In this document: one piece after another, positions 61,201 to 64,000 of the stretch
Layout: the number at the start of each line of letters is the position of its first letter
Position numbering within the stretch: the stretch's first letter is position 1
DNA from: Guillardia theta CCMP2712
Taxonomy: Eukaryota > Protista > Cryptophyta
DNA: 64,000 nt
Assembly (NCBI RefSeq): GCF_000315625.1
Contig: NW_005434592.1
Span: 11,454-75,453, forward strand
Direction of reading: 5' to 3'
The notes under the pieces: model-generated
The model's input: only the letters and a program-made list of their open reading frames with translations
Database searches by the model: none
Told to the model about the DNA's origin: nothing
Made by a program: the position numbers and the translations under genes

Positions 61201-63918
61201 GTAGAGATCAGCTGGAGAAAGGATCCGAGAACAATCCTTGCTTGCCAACAGAACGCGACGAGCAAGACTGTCTCCTATCGGGTCAGCCTCAAACCGGAGA
61301 AAGGCTCTGTCGTTACTCAGACAGTCAGCAGCAACTGCTCTGCAGTGCAAAGCGTGAGGCTCGATAACCTTGAGCAAGGACAAGTGTATCATTATGATGC
61401 CATCGGAGTCAACCTGGTCGGCGAGACGTGCAGCCCATCGCTCGACTCCTCTGGCTTCAAGTTCCTCGCCTTGGCTACCCCGACGGTCCCTCAGGCCCTC
61501 ACCGTCTCTCGCGTCGACCTCAACACCCTCAACTTCAGCTGGACGATCCCATCTAATACTGGCGATGGGACAGCAAACCGTCAACTCATCTCCAGCTTTC
61601 GCGTCGTCTTGGTGTTCAATCAGGAGTTTGTCATCTCAACGTCGCAGACAAGCGTGTTGCTCACGAGACAGGACTACCCCCAGCTCTTCGACTCTACCAC
61701 CCAGAACTTTACCATCAAAGTGTCGGCCATCAACGTCATCGGAGAAGGAGCCGTCGCCTCCTCTCCTCTCGATCTTGCAAACGCCGAATGCCCGCGAGTA
61801 TGTGGAGACGGGTTGAAGTTGCCGACCGAGGGCTGTGATGACGGGAACGTGTTGGACGGAGACGGATGCTCGAGCAGCTGCAAGGTAGAGGCAACAGCTC
61901 TCTGTCGTTCCTCCAGCTCTCCTGCCTTCACCTGCAAGCAGATGCCTCAGGGCCCGTCTTCCTGCATCTTTCCTAAGTTCGAGTACGTCAAACTGCTCCA
62001 GTCCTCCACGTTTCCCGACAGCGACAATATCATCTACTTCTCCCTTCGAGCCAACACGCCGCTCGTATCGGCCCTGCATGTCACACTCAGTGGGCTGACG
62101 GGTACGGGCACACCAGACAACAACAACTTGCCGATCACGCTATACAACAGCACATTCAAAATGACGTCTGCTATCTGGACGCAAAAATCTGGGAAACTTG
62201 ACATGACGATCGACACCGTCACTGGTCTCGACGGCGAGCTCTTCCTCTCCTTCACGTTGAAAAATCCTTCCACGACTCAGGCTGCCGTTGATGTCACGGT
62301 AGGATGCATCGACTGCGTGACCTGCGTCGACTGTTCTCAGTCGCCCGTCAGCCTGCAGGGCTCCGTCAACGGCTCGATCCTGGGCGTGCAAGTCCCCAAG
62401 ACTGACTGCGAGCGGAGGAACGGCTCAGCATGGTTCGGCCCCGACTGCTCTCTGCCGTGCTACGGAGTCGTCCAGGTCCCCCCAGGCGGTCAGGCATGGT
62501 GCGAATGTCCTGCCGGCTCTTTCGGCGAAAGTTGCCAAACTCAAGTGGTAGCGGACAAGAATCTCTCGGTAGCCCCGCAGCTCGTGCAGCCGAGCTCAGA
62601 GCCGGTACCTGTCAAAGGAGCGGACGGGGATGGGGTGGAGCTTCCTCCCGGAGCCCTCACCTCCTCCATCGTCGTCTCAGTGCAAGTGTACAAGACGGAT
62701 CCTCCGATCCCCAAGGACCAGAGTGACCTCAAGCCCGTGGGGAAGGTGATGGAGCTGAAGCCCGACGGAGTGACCTTCGCTCAGCCCGTCACCATCGCCA
62801 CTGCCATCACCCAGGAAGTCATCGACACGGCGAAAAAAGAAGGAAAGGTGCTGGAGATGCGCTTCCTGGATCGGGACAGCGGCAAGTGGGTGAGCACAGG
62901 AGGGGAGGTGAAGTATGACCGCGGAGCTCCGTTCCTGCTCACCAAGAGCTATCACTTCTCTCTGTGGGCAGCGATGAGCGGCAACCCTCCCCCGACCACA
63001 GCGACCAACGCGAGCGAGACGACGGCGATGGCGACAACTGCTGTGCCCTCTACCACCGTCACTCCCGCCAAGTCGTCGGACAAGGTCGGTCTCATCGTAG
63101 GGTTGGTGGTGGGGCTTTCTTCCCTGCTGTTGATCTCAGTGGCGGTCGGGTACACTGTAGCAACCGTCAAGTCTCGGAACAAACTCTACATGGCCGGAGC
63201 AGAGACGAGGACCGAGGAAGGGGATCAGGTCCGGGAGTTCGTCGCTGGCGCCTCTTCCTCCATGGTTGTGGTGCAAGCTTCGCTTGCTCGAGCTCTTCCA
63301 CCTCTGGATGAACCAGGTGCTCCTCTCATGTTTCGCAGTACTCTACGTGACGTGGCTCCGTCGCAAGGACCCTCAGCTCCTGTGGACGCCCCCACGCCTC
63401 CTTCTCCTCGACCTCCCGCCCCCCCCGACTCGGAGCCTTCCAGTCAAGACGTCCTGCCGGCGGCAGGAATCCCAAGCCAGTCTCGAACTCCGAGCCCTCC
63501 TGTGGAGCCTACTTCCAAATTGGAGCTTCCTCTACAGATCTCGTCGATCGGGCAGCTTGTGTTCGACGACAATGTCCTTCAGGCCAGGAGCCCCAAGGAG
63601 ACGCTGGTCAAGAGGCGGACCTCCTCCCGCGCCTCCTCCCGCGGCAGCTTGCCGCTGCTATCAGCCATCGAGCGAGGAGAAGGGGCGGCAAGGAGGACTG
63701 AGTCCCCCAAGGCCTTTGTGCCCCAGAGCTCCTTACAGAGGGAGAACAGTCAGCCAGAAGCAGGAGCCGCGAGTCCCATTGACGTTAACGGGATGTTTTC
63801 TGGAATGTTCGCTTACCTACAATCTGAGGGTGAGGGTAAGGGGAAGGAGGAGGAGCAGGAGGAGGAGCAGGAAGAGGAGGAGGAGGCGCAGACATCGCAT
63901 CATTCCATCATCCTCTAA
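55291..63918 (+). CDS. Giant single-pass surface protein: repeated beta-rich modules, mucin-like T/S repeats, 2x FN3, Cys-rich CGDG repeat, EGF, ZU5-HFS, TM and Pro-rich tail (frame break near 56444)
   Basis: Signal peptide; about 11 modules of type IxQSxPxxxxxNxLxLSLxxN; TTTPA and SSSTAMLE repeats; FN3 (EISW, FSWTIPSNTG, VSAINVIGEG); CGDG...CDDGNVLDGDGCSSSC; ZU5-like ELPPGAL...ELKPDGVTFAQPVTI...HFSLWA; TM VGLIVGLVVGLSSLLLISVAVGY. Confidence 0.8.
55970..56870 (+). repeat. Coding tandem repeats (30-nt Thr-rich and 57-nt Ser-rich units)
   Basis: TTTSTTTPAP-type and SSSSSTPAEVESSSTAMLE-type repeats visible in both DNA and protein. Confidence 0.92.
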
Positions 63919-64000
63919 AGGAATTCAAGTCGACTGCAGCAGCCTCTGGTTTATTCTTGTACATGAGAGGGCGTTATAGATCCTGATGTTTTAAGTTTAA

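Overview
Gene-dense eukaryotic nuclear DNA with many short GT-AG introns (CTGAC/CTGAT branch sites), microsatellite-filled introns and three N-gaps. Bipartite plastid-type leaders (ALA-F, LRGG) and RWP-RK paralogues suggest a cryptophyte alga such as Guillardia theta; this is an inference. Recognisable genes are two RWP-RK transcription factors, an ankyrin/TRPV-like channel, tRNA-Ala(AGC), a PPR protein, a dual-specificity phosphatase, a zinc-finger-less ZC3H15/Tma46 homologue, an aldo-keto reductase, an SMI1/KNR4-like protein, an IPT/TIG-EGF multi-pass membrane protein, CCDC113/CFAP263, UDP-sugar pyrophosphorylase, dUTPase, TFIIB and a giant ZU5/HFS surface protein. The most notable element is an intronless, AT-rich, 5'-truncated Fanzor (eukaryotic TnpB-like RNA-guided nuclease) at 53281-54000 on the minus strand. 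Immediately downstream is a highly base-paired non-coding segment (about 53110-53280), a candidate omegaRNA scaffold. Its 5' part is replaced by a dispersed repeat carrying a 21-bp inverted repeat. Exon boundaries were read by eye and are approximate.
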